DNA of 63,968 nt, the filler included, from Nanobdellota archaeon (GTDB lineage: Archaea; Nanobdellota; Nanobdellia; B33-G15), in assembly GCA_003660925.1 (NCBI GenBank). It is 7 parts of 7 records of this genome, joined end to end, with 100 filler letters (N's around TTAATTAATTAA, not from the genome) between each part and the next. Parts side by side here need not be neighbours in the genome. Positions count along the whole stretch, not along the records: positions 1 to 10,262 come from QMVD01000021.1; 6 more parts are not named here. One strand, 5' to 3'. The notes under the pieces were generated by a model. It was not told where the DNA came from. It ran no database searches and saw only the letters and a list, made by a program, of their open reading frames with translations. Within the stretch, counting starts at the first letter, position 1. Every line of letters begins with the position of its first letter. The translations under genes and the position numbers were made by a program. Of this stretch, positions 1 to 9,836 are shown piece after piece.

Positions 1-183
1 ATCTTAGACAGATACAACATGAGATTCACCTCCATGGAGAGGATGCATGGTGAGGTCTTCAGGATCGGGACCATGTGGGGAGAGATAAAAGTCTTACTCA
101 CCTATCATCCTGCCGCTGCCCTAAGGAATCCCAATTTGAGGGACGTGATAAAAGAAGATTTGAAGAAACTCGTTAATCTTTAA
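1..183 (+). CDS. Family 4 uracil-DNA glycosylase, C-terminal fragment (5' end outside window)
   Basis: Frame 1 translates to ...MERMHGEVF...LLTYHPAAALRNPNLRDVIKEDLKKLVNL*. YHPAAAL is the UDG family 4 motif. Confidence 0.85.
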   Translation: MLDRYNMRFTSMERMHGEVFRIGTMWGEIKVLLTYHPAAALRNPNLRDVIKEDLKKLVNL

Positions 184-209
184 AAGTCACAAGGGAGTTT
201 TCTCTAAGG

Positions 210-650
210 ATGAAACTCTCGGAGAAAAAGAGGATAATGCTCACGACAGCTATCTTAGCGAGTTTCGTGCTGATAATCTCCTTGACCTCCTTATACGTGG
301 CAATGAGCATACAAAGTGGGAACGTGTGCGGTTGCGTGATACCTATTTACTTATTCGTCCCCCTCTCCGCCTCCTTTGGGCTGTTAGTTGGCTCGAGCAT
401 CTATTACCTAATCCTGAGCACGAAAGAAGCGAAGGAGAAGGACTGGAATATAATAGCAAAGCTCTTGGACGAGGAAGAGAGGAAGGTCTTAGAAGAGATC
501 GTTAAGAAGGGGGAGATTACCCAGGCGAGGATAGTTAGGAACACGGGGTTATCCAGGGTGAAGGTTCACAGGATCCTCAAGAAGTTCGAGAGGAATGGAT
601 TGATAGAGAAAGTGAAGGAGAGGAAGGTAAATATAATAAAGCTGAAGTGA
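210..650 (+). CDS. Membrane-anchored winged-helix DNA-binding protein (2 TM helices, C-terminal HTH)
   Basis: Two hydrophobic segments, then LDEEERKVLEEI...GEITQARIVRNTGLSRVKVHRILKKFERNGLI. Confidence 0.75.
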   Translation: MKLSEKKRIMLTTAILASFVLIISLTSLYVAMSIQSGNVCGCVIPIYLFVPLSASFGLLVGSSIYYLILSTKEAKEKDWNIIAKLLDEEERKVLEEIVKKGEITQARIVRNTGLSRVKVHRILKKFERNGLIEKVKERKVNIIKLK

Positions 651-663
651 TTTCTTTCAGCCC

Positions 664-936
664 ATGAGGAAAAAAGTGCTGATACAAATCATAACCTCAC
701 CGACCTGTCCGTACTGTCCACTCGCGGTCGAGATGGCTGAGAGGGTGTCGAAGGCGTTGGACGTGGATTTTGAGGAAGTCTCTGTGGCAACTCAGAAGGG
801 ATTAGAGCTCGCCAGGAAGCACGGGATAATGGGGGTGCCAGCCATCTTGATAAATGGAAAGCTCGCCTTTGAGGGAGTTCCCCCCTCTGATTTGTACCTC
901 GCGAGGGCTGTAAAAAAGGAGATGGAAAATGTATGA
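664..936 (+). CDS. Thioredoxin/glutaredoxin-like protein
   Basis: CPYC active site and GVPAILING cis-Pro motif; lies upstream of thioredoxin reductase. Confidence 0.9.
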   Translation: MRKKVLIQIITSPTCPYCPLAVEMAERVSKALDVDFEEVSVATQKGLELARKHGIMGVPAILINGKLAFEGVPPSDLYLARAVKKEMENV

Positions 937-1855
937 CCTAATAATTGTGGGGGCTGGTGCAGCTGGGTTAAGTGCAGGCCTTTATGGGGTCAGGTACAAG
1001 TTGAGGACTTTGGTGATAGGAGAGGTCATAGGAGGAAAGGGGATGGAGGCCCATTTAGTGGAGAACTATCCGGGCTTTCTTTCCATAAGTGGCTCCGAGC
1101 TCATGAGGAAGTTCAGGGAACAAGCGGAGGAGTTTGGGGCAAAGATCTTGAGGGGAAAGGTCGTGGAGGTTAGGAAAGAGAAGGGGAACTTCACAGTGAG
1201 GACCCTGGATGATGAGAGCTTCGAGTCCAAGGCCATCATCTTGGCGATGGGCTCTGAGAGGAGGAGACTCAACATCCCAGGAGAAGACAAGCTCCTCGGA
1301 AAAGGCGTCAGCTATTGTGCCACCTGTGATGGCCCCTTATTCAAAGGGAAGAAAGTAGCAGTGATAGGCGGGTCTGATGCTGCGGTGAAATCCGCCCTCA
1401 TACTCTCCGAGCACGCGAAGGAGGTTCATATCATTTACAGGAGGGAAAAGCTCAGGGCAGAGCCCTTACTCACTGAAAAAGTCCTCTCCATTCCAAAAGT
1501 AAAGGTCGTGTACAATAGGGTGCCTGTTAGAGTGGAAGGGAAAGAAAAAGTGGAAGCCCTTGTGCTGAAACCTTTCAAGGGAGAAGGGAAGGAAGAAGAA
1601 TTCCCGGTGGATGGGGTCTTCATCGAGATAGGTGACGTCCCCTCCACCAGCATCGCCAAGGAGCTTGGAGTGAAGTTGGATGAGGAGGGGTATGTAGAGG
1701 TGAATCCTAAGACCATGGAGACCAACGTGAAAGGGGTCTACGCGGCTGGTGACATCACCAACGTCACCAAATTCAAACAATTCATAACAGCTGCCTCTCA
1801 AGGTGCCCTTGCTGCCTATTCTGCCTACCTCTTCTTGAAAGGTGGGAAAAAATGA
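929..1855 (+). CDS. trxB: Thioredoxin reductase
   Basis: GAGAAG FAD motif, VSYCATCDG active site, VIGG NADPH motif, GVYAAGD. Confidence 0.95.
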   Translation: MYDLIIVGAGAAGLSAGLYGVRYKLRTLVIGEVIGGKGMEAHLVENYPGFLSISGSELMRKFREQAEEFGAKILRGKVVEVRKEKGNFTVRTLDDESFESKAIILAMGSERRRLNIPGEDKLLGKGVSYCATCDGPLFKGKKVAVIGGSDAAVKSALILSEHAKEVHIIYRREKLRAEPLLTEKVLSIPKVKVVYNRVPVRVEGKEKVEALVLKPFKGEGKEEEFPVDGVFIEIGDVPSTSIAKELGVKLDEEGYVEVNPKTMETNVKGVYAAGDITNVTKFKQFITAASQGALAAYSAYLFLKGGKK

Positions 1856-3063
1856 GTTTTTTAGACGATGTCTTGGAGAATTTGGAAGGGGCTATCTCGA
1901 GATTGAGGATCAAGGAAGAAGTCGCTGAGAGGCTCAAGACCCCTGAAAGGATCCTGGAGGTGAGCATACCTGTTAGGATGGACGATGGTGGAAGGAAGGT
2001 CTTTAAGGGATTTAGGGTCCAACACAACTCTGCAAGAGGCCCCACCAAAGGCGGCATAAGATTCCACCCTTCTGTGAACTTAGACGAGATAAAAGCCCTA
2101 GCCTCTTTGATGACTTGGAAGTGTGCCCTTCTGGACCTGCCATTCGGAGGAGCCAAGGGTGGTGTGATAGTGAATCCCAAAGAATTAAGCGAAAGGGAGT
2201 TGGAGAGATTGAGCAGGGGATACATTAGGAAGATAGCCCCCTTCATCGGTGTGGATAGAGATATACCTGCGCCAGATGTGGGGACCAACTCAAAAGTAAT
2301 GGCTTGGATGTTAGACGAGTACGAGAAGATAGTGGGAAAACACGAGCCTGGGGCGATAACGGGAAAACCTCTCTCTTTGGGAGGCTCCCAGGGAAGGGAA
2401 GAAGCGACCGCTCAAGGGGCGGTCTACGTGCTTCAGGAAGCCGTGAAGACGTTTGACATCAGAGGGAAGGAGGTAGCGATCCAAGGGTTTGGAAACGCGG
2501 GCATGAATCTGGCGAGGAAATTGGGTGAGTTGGGGTATAAAGTAGTAGCAGTGAGTGATTCCAAAGGAGCTATTTACGAGGAAAAGGGGTTGGACGTGAA
2601 GGAAGTAATAGAGAGGAAGAGAAAGGAAGGAAAAGTCGGGAAAGATATGAGTAATGAAGAATTGTTGGAACTGGACGTGGATGTTCTGATACCCGCGGCG
2701 GTAGAGGGGCAGATAACCGAGAAAAATGCGGACAGGATAAGGGCGAAGTTGATTCTAGAAGTGGCAAACGGCCCCACGACTTCAAGGGCTGATGAGATCC
2801 TCAAGGAAAAAGGCATAGTAGTGGTCCCAGACATCCTGACCAATGCAGGTGGGGTCACGGTGAGCTACTTCGAGTGGGTTCAAAACAGGACTGGCCTTTA
2901 CTGGAACAAGGAAGAGGTCTTCGAAAGGCTCAAGGAAAGGATGAGGAACTCCCTCAGGGATGTCACGAAGGTGATGAAAAACCAAGGGGTGAGCATGAGG
3001 ACAGCCGCTTACATCATAGCTGTGAACAGGGTTGTTCGAGCCATCACAGATAGAGCTTGTTGA
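1852..3063 (+). CDS. gdhA: Glutamate dehydrogenase (Glu/Leu/Phe/Val dehydrogenase family)
   Basis: [33 protein letters not shown] and [12 protein letters not shown] motifs. Confidence 0.93.
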   Translation: MSFLDDVLENLEGAISRLRIKEEVAERLKTPERILEVSIPVRMDDGGRKVFKGFRVQHNSARGPTKGGIRFHPSVNLDEIKALASLMTWKCALLDLPFGGAKGGVIVNPKELSERELERLSRGYIRKIAPFIGVDRDIPAPDVGTNSKVMAWMLDEYEKIVGKHEPGAITGKPLSLGGSQGREEATAQGAVYVLQEAVKTFDIRGKEVAIQGFGNAGMNLARKLGELGYKVVAVSDSKGAIYEEKGLDVKEVIERKRKEGKVGKDMSNEELLELDVDVLIPAAVEGQITEKNADRIRAKLILEVANGPTTSRADEILKEKGIVVVPDILTNAGGVTVSYFEWVQNRTGLYWNKEEVFERLKERMRNSLRDVTKVMKNQGVSMRTAAYIIAVNRVVRAITDRAC

Positions 3064-3520
3064 GATATCTCTTGAGCCTCTTCGGACCCTTAGGGAAGAG
3101 CATCTTCAGGAACTCTGGTATTAACTTCCTGAGAAAACCCTTGGACTTCACGGTGAAGAGTTCCACTTTTGGAGTGTCTCTCTTGCGAATGCATCTCCGT
3201 ATCTCTCGAAGCACCCTCGGTCCATGGTAGTCATTGGTGACAAAGACCACTTCTGCCTCTAAAGGTGAGAGAACATCCAAAGAGTTCCACACGTTCTCTG
3301 TAGTGTTTCGGGACGACCCCTCCCAGAGCACTTTCTCCACCCCATACTTTTTGAATATTTGAGTAGCCAGCTTGTCCAAGTAACTCGGCGCTCCGCTCAT
3401 CATGATGAGATCAACGCGTCCTTTCTTGTAGAGGTAGAGAGCTCCCTTTAACCTCCTCACGAAATCTTCCCTAGGCCCTGTGGGAACTACCGCCACTTTG
3501 ATTTTCTCCTCAAGAGTCAT
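3044..3520 (-). CDS. YdcF/DUF218 family protein
   Basis: [13 protein letters not shown] and VTNDYHGPR match the DUF218 motifs. Confidence 0.85.
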   Translation of the reverse strand: MTLEEKIKVAVVPTGPREDFVRRLKGALYLYKKGRVDLIMMSGAPSYLDKLATQIFKKYGVEKVLWEGSSRNTTENVWNSLDVLSPLEAEVVFVTNDYHGPRVLREIRRCIRKRDTPKVELFTVKSKGFLRKLIPEFLKMLFPKGPKRLKRYLNKLYL

Positions 3521-3531
3521 AACAGAAGAGA

Positions 3532-3936
3532 TTAACTTTTCTTTTTAAACTTCACGCCAGTCACGTGCAACCTCCTCACGAGCTTTGCGTAACCCGTCTT
3601 CTCAGCTTCCTTCTTTATCCTCTCTTCCAAGCGCCCCATCCCTTTGAGGTTAAGCACATAATCCACTCTCTTCACTTTTTCCTTCAACCCATACACTACC
3701 GCGATGGAGTTTTCTACGCACTCCTTGAGATTTTCCGAAGAACCCTCCCACATTATCTTTTCCCTCGGCAATTTCTCTCTCTTCCTCACCTCCTCCCAGA
3801 TCTCCTCTTTATGGGGACCACTCATGATGAGTAGGTCATAAGAACCATTCTCTAACATATCAAGTGCTAACTCTAGTCTGTCCCTCAAACCTTCCTCGGG
3901 AAGGGCGAGCACTACTCCAATCCACCACTTCCTCAT
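3532..3936 (-). CDS. Degenerate YdcF/DUF218-like paralogue
   Basis: RLELALDML, LLIMSG and WEGSSENLKECVENS align with the neighbouring gene; the YH..R motif is lost. Confidence 0.6.
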   Translation of the reverse strand: MRKWWIGVVLALPEEGLRDRLELALDMLENGSYDLLIMSGPHKEEIWEEVRKREKLPREKIMWEGSSENLKECVENSIAVVYGLKEKVKRVDYVLNLKGMGRLEERIKKEAEKTGYAKLVRRLHVTGVKFKKKS

Positions 3937-4379
3937 GCGTATGCCCCTTCTTTTCTCTTACTCCTACTCCAAAGCGAGGTGTAAGATATGCTGGTCTCCA
4001 AGCTCTGGAACTCCGTATCTGGTTTGTAGCCAATTTTTCTCGCAATCTTTTTGAACATGGCCTCCGCATCCCTCAGGTGTTCGTGATTCACTATGTAGTA
4101 AACCCTTCCAACTCTATCCCTCATCGTGTAAAGCAGGTGGAGCGTGTTCTTTATGCTTTCCTTGATCCCGTTAGAATCCTTCTCCCAAATGACTTGGCTC
4201 AAAGGAATCCTCCAGTTCTTGAAGAACTTCTCGGCCACACCCACACCCTTCCTCCCGCTCACCAGGATCCTGTTCACGAGGTTCAGGTTGTACATGCAGA
4301 ATGCCACGTACAATCGCTGGTCTAACTTTTCCGCTGAAGTCTCAATAATGGCGATGTTCAATTTTTCTTCTAGGGACAT
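3933..4379 (-). CDS. Degenerate YdcF/DUF218-like paralogue
   Basis: N-terminus MSLEEKLNIAII resembles [12 protein letters not shown] of 3044-3520; also ILVSG, WEKDSNGIKESIKN and IVNHEH. Confidence 0.6.
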   Translation of the reverse strand: MSLEEKLNIAIIETSAEKLDQRLYVAFCMYNLNLVNRILVSGRKGVGVAEKFFKNWRIPLSQVIWEKDSNGIKESIKNTLHLLYTMRDRVGRVYYIVNHEHLRDAEAMFKKIARKIGYKPDTEFQSLETSISYTSLWSRSKRKEGAYA

Positions 4380-4403
4380 GATTGAAAAAGACCACAAGCT
4401 ATT

Positions 4404-4729
4404 TTAACCTTTCCTTTCCGTGATGACCTCTGATTTGAAAAACCTCTCTTGAGTATTTTTTTACCTTCAGGAACCAGAACTAACTTGTTTTCATTATCAT
4501 CTAACCTGCGGATCACCGCGATACATTCCCCGACGAATTCTTCTAAGGGTTCGAATACACCCAAAACATAGGCATCCAATTCCTCTCCGTCTGGTGCTCT
4601 CACCCCAGGAACGAAGCCGTAATTGACGAGATAAATGAAACCTCATTTTGGATGTCTCGAGCCCATGGGCCGATCTATCTTCACTTTAACTTCTTTTCCA
4701 AGGAAAGACCCGGCTTCCCTGATCTCCAT
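4404..4729 (-). pseudogene. Small inorganic pyrophosphatase pseudogene
   Basis: ATG at 4729 reads KVKIDRPMGSRHPK*GFIYLVNYG..DGEELDAYVLG with an in-frame TGA at 4643-4645. The family-like C-terminus QERFFKSEVI is in another frame, ending at 4404. Confidence 0.8.
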
Positions 4730-4807
4730 GAGAAACTTTGAATGAGTTCATTTTTAAACCTTTTAGGCCCCAGAAACCTTAATAAATGAACGTGACTTCT
4801 TTACTGC

Positions 4808-5428
4808 ATGGGTAAGAAGCTCCTCTTCTCCATCATCTCTTCCATCATACTCCTCGCGAGCGGTGGATACATGGGAGACAGGATGCTGAGGGAGAACTTC
4901 AACATGACTCTCTTCGAGGTCATGAACCTCTTGGTTCAAACCACTTCTCCTCCGAAGTTTGGAGATGTGGAGGAAGTGAACATCAGTGAGGAGAACATGA
5001 GCGCATTGATGAAGGAAAAGGAGGACATAGAATCCATCTTGATGGAGGTGAACGTAAGTCAAGTGAATGAGAACGAGAACATAACCTCCCTGTTGAGAAC
5101 CTTATTCGGAGAGAATTACACCATACACTTCTACACGTTCTTCGAATACGAGGGGAAGGCGTATAAGCTCGTGAAATGGGAGATCTGGGTGGAAAACGGT
5201 ACCATAACTTACTTCGGGCCAGGGGAGCCAGAGAACCCCGATTTGAACGTGGGGGTGTCCTATGACATCCTGAGGAAACTGGACGAGGTTGATCAAGAGA
5301 TCATCATGAGTTGGTTGGAGGAGGGAAAGGTGAAGATATACCCCCTCTCCGAGCTGCTAAGATTTATGGACCTCCTTCCCCAACTTTCTGAGCTCATTGG
5401 AGAGAACAAAGAAGTCCTGGTCGGATAA
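4808..5428 (+). CDS. Membrane-anchored/secreted protein, possible SCP2-like C-terminal domain
   Basis: N-terminal hydrophobic helix and many N-X-S/T sequons. GEPENPDLNVGV...EGKVKI resembles the SCP2 pattern. Confidence 0.55.
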   Translation: MGKKLLFSIISSIILLASGGYMGDRMLRENFNMTLFEVMNLLVQTTSPPKFGDVEEVNISEENMSALMKEKEDIESILMEVNVSQVNENENITSLLRTLFGENYTIHFYTFFEYEGKAYKLVKWEIWVENGTITYFGPGEPENPDLNVGVSYDILRKLDEVDQEIIMSWLEEGKVKIYPLSELLRFMDLLPQLSELIGENKEVLVG

Positions 5429-6112
5429 GTTTATCACCCTCTTTTCTTTCGTCTCATCCAACCCCAACTTTTCCACCAAGAATCTAGCCTCCCTCCTAGT
5501 CAACCCAAAAGAGCATAAAGCCTCCCTTAAGGCGTTTTTGAGCTTTTTATCGTACTGTAATAACACTTTGGAGAAAAGTGTGTTGACTTTCTTCCTCTTC
5601 AACTTTACCGCCACGGCCTTCGCCTCGAGCTTTGGGCGAAAGGCTTGTTTTGGCACTTCCATTAGTCCTTCCACTTCGAAGAACTCCCCAGTCAAGAGCC
5701 CAATTTTCCCTTTCCCAGACATTTCTCGGTGGAGGTCCTCTAACACTACGAGTACAGCGAACTCAAAATCGTGCCTAGTCATCCTAAACAAGAGAGGTTC
5801 GTTAATTAAGGAAGGAGAGCTAGAGAGGAGGACTTGGAATTGGGGCCACTTCACCTTCAACGCATTTCCTGTGATCACTTGTGCTCCTACCCCACCCAAT
5901 TTCCCTCCGAATTCCTTGTCCTCCTCTATCACGTAAACTCTCTCTGCTTTCTCCACTAATTTCCTAGTCAGGAGAGCATCTCCTCCTATTTCTAACACCA
6001 CTTTCCCCTTTCCAAAATTCGAAAGAAATTCCAAGAGGTCCTCGTCCGCTATGAAGTGCCGGTTCAAATTCGTGTTTAACTCGGACTTCTTCCTACATCC
6101 CTCGGGGTTCAT
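5357..6112 (-). CDS. KsgA/Dim1-like rRNA adenine dimethyltransferase homologue with degenerate motifs
   Basis: HFIAD, VVLEIG, GNALK, VPKQAFRPK and KKLKNAL are KsgA-like. The GxGxG and NLPY motifs are replaced by GGDAL and SSPS. Confidence 0.75.
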   Translation of the reverse strand: MNPEGCRKKSELNTNLNRHFIADEDLLEFLSNFGKGKVVLEIGGDALLTRKLVEKAERVYVIEEDKEFGGKLGGVGAQVITGNALKVKWPQFQVLLSSSPSLINEPLLFRMTRHDFEFAVLVVLEDLHREMSGKGKIGLLTGEFFEVEGLMEVPKQAFRPKLEAKAVAVKLKRKKVNTLFSKVLLQYDKKLKNALREALCSFGLTRREARFLVEKLGLDETKEKRVINLSDQDFFVLSNELRKLGKEVHKS

Positions 6113-6726
6113 ATGTTCAGTCTCTTCTTGATCTGTTCTTCTACGTAGCTCAAGAGGACGTTTCTTAGGGTGGCTCTGACGTCTTCTCCATAGTTTTCTT
6201 TGCCTTCAAATTCTGCGAATCTCTTGCTGAGCTCTTCCTCGCCTATGAAGGAGAGCCACTTAGAAAAATCCCCTTGACTCAAGTGGTGCTTTATGGAATT
6301 CAATGGCACCTTATCTAGAGCATCGTAGAACTCTCCCAAGTTTGTGACTACGTTCTCACAGTACCAAAACCTGAACGGATACTTGGTGCTCATCAACTCG
6401 CTCACTTGTCCTTCATTCAACAAGGCGTGAATTTCCACGTCTCCCATGGATATTTTGCCCTTCTTTCCAAGGATGGACTCCTCTATCTTAGGTTCTGCGA
6501 TCTCCGCCAACCTCATGAACTCCTCGCTGGGCAGCCTTATCACCTTCTTCTGGTAGTTCACGCTGATCACTGAGTTTATCCCCTTCTCCTTCAAGTAGGC
6601 CAGGGTCTCCTCTACGCGCTCTATGTTCTCCTTCAACTCCTTAGCAGCATTCATATGTTCTTCAATGGGGCTTATCTGAGAGATGTCGAAGTCCTCCACC
6701 ACCATGTCCCTCAACCTTTCCATCAT
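6109..6726 (-). CDS. Protein with C-terminal DUF5752-like domain
   Basis: PFRFW...NLGEFYDALDKVPLNSIKHHLSQGDFSKWL...ELSKRF. Confidence 0.7.
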   Translation of the reverse strand: MMERLRDMVVEDFDISQISPIEEHMNAAKELKENIERVEETLAYLKEKGINSVISVNYQKKVIRLPSEEFMRLAEIAEPKIEESILGKKGKISMGDVEIHALLNEGQVSELMSTKYPFRFWYCENVVTNLGEFYDALDKVPLNSIKHHLSQGDFSKWLSFIGEEELSKRFAEFEGKENYGEDVRATLRNVLLSYVEEQIKKRLNI

Positions 6727-7478
6727 AAGCCTAACCTCCTTTTAAGCATTTGAAAGAGGGAGGGGTATTGGAAACCCTCGCCGACGAGCTCGCCTGCTAT
6801 TTTCTTCATGGCCAAAGAAACCTTGGCATCTGGGTACAGGTGTACCACGGGTATGCTGTACTTTATCCCCTCTTCCACCCTTCTATCTTCAGGGATCTCT
6901 CCTATCAATGGGAGCCCGAGCAAGGCCATGACTTGTTCCCTCGAAAGAGGCGCTTTCTTTCTCTGCCTGTTTAAAATGACCCCCAAGAGTTTGATGCCAT
7001 AGGTGTTTATCAGTTTCGCCATTTTCAGGGCCTCTATCACTGATGGCAGGTCTGGATTCGTCACGATTATCGCCTCGTTCACTGCATTCAAGACCCAGAG
7101 GGTTTCTTCTCCAAGGCTTGGAGCGGTATCCACGAGCACTATCTCAAACCTCTTGGCGAGCTCTCCTATGACGTCAGGTATTTTGCTATAGTCCACGAAA
7201 TAGTCCCTAAGTTTTATGGAAGCTGGGAGCACCCACATCCCAGAGCCGTGCTCACTCAAGGCATCGAAAGGGTTAGCTTCCCCTCTGAGCACGTTGTTCA
7301 AGTTGAGGGGGTTGAAATGCATGCCAAGGTGCACTCCCAAAGAAGAACCAGAGGTATTGGCATCCACCGCTACCACTCTTCTCCCAAAATCATGTGCTAA
7401 CGCTGCACCTATGTTGGCGACGAATGTGGTTTTTCCCACCCCTCCCTTCCCAGAGAAAACGCCGATAATTCTGGCCAT
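6723..7478 (-). CDS. minD: MinD/ParA family ATPase
   Basis: Deviant Walker A SGKGGVGKTT, VDTAP, GVILNR and IPED. Confidence 0.85.
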   Translation of the reverse strand: MARIIGVFSGKGGVGKTTFVANIGAALAHDFGRRVVAVDANTSGSSLGVHLGMHFNPLNLNNVLRGEANPFDALSEHGSGMWVLPASIKLRDYFVDYSKIPDVIGELAKRFEIVLVDTAPSLGEETLWVLNAVNEAIIVTNPDLPSVIEALKMAKLINTYGIKLLGVILNRQRKKAPLSREQVMALLGLPLIGEIPEDRRVEEGIKYSIPVVHLYPDAKVSLAMKKIAGELVGEGFQYPSLFQMLKRRLGL

Positions 7479-7654
7479 GTTTAAAAAGGGTGTATTTTTA
7501 ATTCATAAAGTTTACCTTTACGTGAATATCTTTCAACCGATCTCTAAGAAACCGCCTCCAGAATGAAAACACCAGGAGCAACGACTTTTAGAGGAGAGCT
7601 CCCGGAAAGGAACAGATAGTAAAAGAGATAAAATGAGCCTTGCCTTATAACCAC

Positions 7655-8575
7655 ATGTTCTTCAGGAAGGAAAAGAAGGTGTTCCCTTTAATGATCAAGG
7701 AGCTCTCGGGAGGCCCGAGGGGCATCATAAAGAACATGACATTTAAAGTGAGGAAGAGGGATATCTTCGGAATAGTTGGGTTGAGTGGTTCTGGGAAAAC
7801 CACCTTGTTGAAACTCATCTTGGGATTGGTGAAGAAGAGAAGTGGAAAGGTGAGCTTTTATGGGAGGCCCCTCTGGAGGAGTAAGAAGCTCATAGGGTTC
7901 TGTCCCCAAGGCCACTCCTTCTTTGAGGAGTTAACGGTCAGGGAGAACATTCTCCTGTTCGGCTCTCTTTACGGGGCGAAGAGCCCGCTGGAGGTCGGGA
8001 GAAGGATGTTGAAAGAATTAGAGATGGAAGAGAAACTAGACGAACCAGCGAGCAACCTATCTGGAGGCCAAAAGACGAGGTTAAACGTGATCTTATCCTT
8101 GCTTCATGAACCTAAGCTGATCTTCATGGACGAGCCTTTCACGGGCCTTGACTATTACAATCGAAACCTCCTTTGGAATTTCATAAAGAAGTTGAGGAGA
8201 AGGGGCTGCACAGTGATCCTGACCACTCATTTATTGGATGAAGCTCAGAAAAATTGCACGAAACTCCTCGTCCTGAAGGAAGGGAAGAAGTTCGTTTATG
8301 GAAATGTGGAGGACATCAAGGAGAAAGTGGGATTGGATTATGTGTATGAGGTGAAGTTCAAATCGTTGTCCAAGAGGGCTCTGAAGGAAATAATCGCATC
8401 CTGCAAGGAAGAAGGGATAGATGTACTGAACGTACAGATAGATACTCTCCTCTTTGGGGTGAGAGAGGAGAAGAAGAGAGCCTTCCAGAGGTTGTTAAGG
8501 TGCTACGAACATGAGATCATCTCCTCCAGGAAACCGAATATAAACGACCTCTTCTTGAAGGTGGTGAGCGCGTGA
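7655..8575 (+). CDS. ABC transporter ATP-binding protein (ABC-2/DrrA-like)
   Basis: GLSGSGKT, LSGGQ, IFMDEP and TTH motifs. Confidence 0.92.
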   Translation: MFFRKEKKVFPLMIKELSGGPRGIIKNMTFKVRKRDIFGIVGLSGSGKTTLLKLILGLVKKRSGKVSFYGRPLWRSKKLIGFCPQGHSFFEELTVRENILLFGSLYGAKSPLEVGRRMLKELEMEEKLDEPASNLSGGQKTRLNVILSLLHEPKLIFMDEPFTGLDYYNRNLLWNFIKKLRRRGCTVILTTHLLDEAQKNCTKLLVLKEGKKFVYGNVEDIKEKVGLDYVYEVKFKSLSKRALKEIIASCKEEGIDVLNVQIDTLLFGVREEKKRAFQRLLRCYEHEIISSRKPNINDLFLKVVSA

Positions 8576-9804
8576 AGCTCTGGAGCTTGTTAAGGAAGGA
8601 ATATTTATTGACCATGAGGAGGAAGAAGTTCATCTTCATGATCCTCCTCCTTCCCCTCTTGATAGGGGTAGTTTATCAGTTATCCACTAACCTCCAGCCG
8701 GGGGTGGAGATAAAGGTGGCTTTATGTAATTTGGATGAAGAGTCCGTGGATCTGGTGGAGGCTTTGAAGGAGAGATTCTCTGTGGTGGAAGTGGCAGGAG
8801 AATGCGAAGCCCAAATCAAGGAGATGATCAGGGAGAAGGAAGCATTCTTAGGTATTATCATACCTAGGGATTTCACGAGGAAGTTGGAAGACCTAAACAA
8901 GTCGGAGATCTATTTGTTTTACGACAACTCGAATCCTGTGTTAGCGAGTTACTTAGAGTTCTTTTTCCAGCTGAGCCTTAGGAATTACGAGAACGCCCTT
9001 CTGTCCAAGGCTGGGGAAGGGATAAGAGAAGAAGTAACTAAGATAGAGGGTTTGTTGGAGGCTGCTAAGTTGCTAGTGGGTTTGGTCGGCTACGGAACTG
9101 AGCTTATGGATAACCTGAATCAAATCCAGGAGATGTTAAGTAAGATAAAGCGTATGGACGTGACCTTCATAACCGAACCCGTGGTCCCTGTGAAGGAGGG
9201 GGCGTTCGAGCTCAAGAACGAGAAGGGGATCGGGGCAGCCATAACCTTTTCCATCCTCACGCTCTTCACAGCCCTGTTGTTGGTGTCCAGCAGCGTGATA
9301 TGGGACAGGGAGAGGAAGTTCTTGCTGAGGTTAAGGACCTCGGGCACCCCAAATCTGACTTATATTCTTTCTAAGACCCTTTTCTTTGACTTAGTCCTCA
9401 CCGTCCAATTCCTCGTCATCTTTCCCCTATTTTCCTCCTTCTCCTGGTTGGAACTAAATCTCGTTTCTCTCCTGGTCTCCATCCTCGTGGTCACCAGCAT
9501 AAACACCCTATTGGGTATGTTGATAGGAATCTTCAGCGAGAATCAAGGGATAGCGATACTGTTGTCCTTGCTCCTCACCCTCCCTTTCCTCTTCATTTCT
9601 GGCATCTTCTACCCAAGCGAGCTCTTTCCCCAACCCCTGAGGTTCATCTCTGACGTTTTTCCGCTGAGCAATGAGATGAACCTTTTGAAGGAAAGCATGG
9701 CTTTCGGCTATAGCCTGCAAGAGCTTAAGAACTTAAACGTGAACCTCACTTACCTCCTCCTCTTCTTCCTCCTTTCCTGGTTAGGTTTGAGGTTCAGGCA
9801 TTAA
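8572..9804 (+). CDS. ABC-2 type permease
   Basis: One TM, a large extracellular region, then five TM helices; FISGIFYP motif; 4-nt overlap with the ATPase gene. Confidence 0.88.
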   Translation: MKLWSLLRKEYLLTMRRKKFIFMILLLPLLIGVVYQLSTNLQPGVEIKVALCNLDEESVDLVEALKERFSVVEVAGECEAQIKEMIREKEAFLGIIIPRDFTRKLEDLNKSEIYLFYDNSNPVLASYLEFFFQLSLRNYENALLSKAGEGIREEVTKIEGLLEAAKLLVGLVGYGTELMDNLNQIQEMLSKIKRMDVTFITEPVVPVKEGAFELKNEKGIGAAITFSILTLFTALLLVSSSVIWDRERKFLLRLRTSGTPNLTYILSKTLFFDLVLTVQFLVIFPLFSSFSWLELNLVSLLVSILVVTSINTLLGMLIGIFSENQGIAILLSLLLTLPFLFISGIFYPSELFPQPLRFISDVFPLSNEMNLLKESMAFGYSLQELKNLNVNLTYLLLFFLLSWLGLRFRH

Positions 9805-9836
9805 GTTTATATTCTTCCTGAGTTCTCTTTTTTTGG

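Noticed and set aside
4643..4645. In-frame TGA as evidence of recoding (Trp/Sec)
   Set aside because: TGA ends many intact genes here, the same gene has a second frameshift lesion, and the tRNA anticodon is CAG, not TCA.
7479..7654. Unusually long intergenic region with weak C/D-like words
   Set aside because: The boxes are too degenerate, and there is no convincing ORF or structure.
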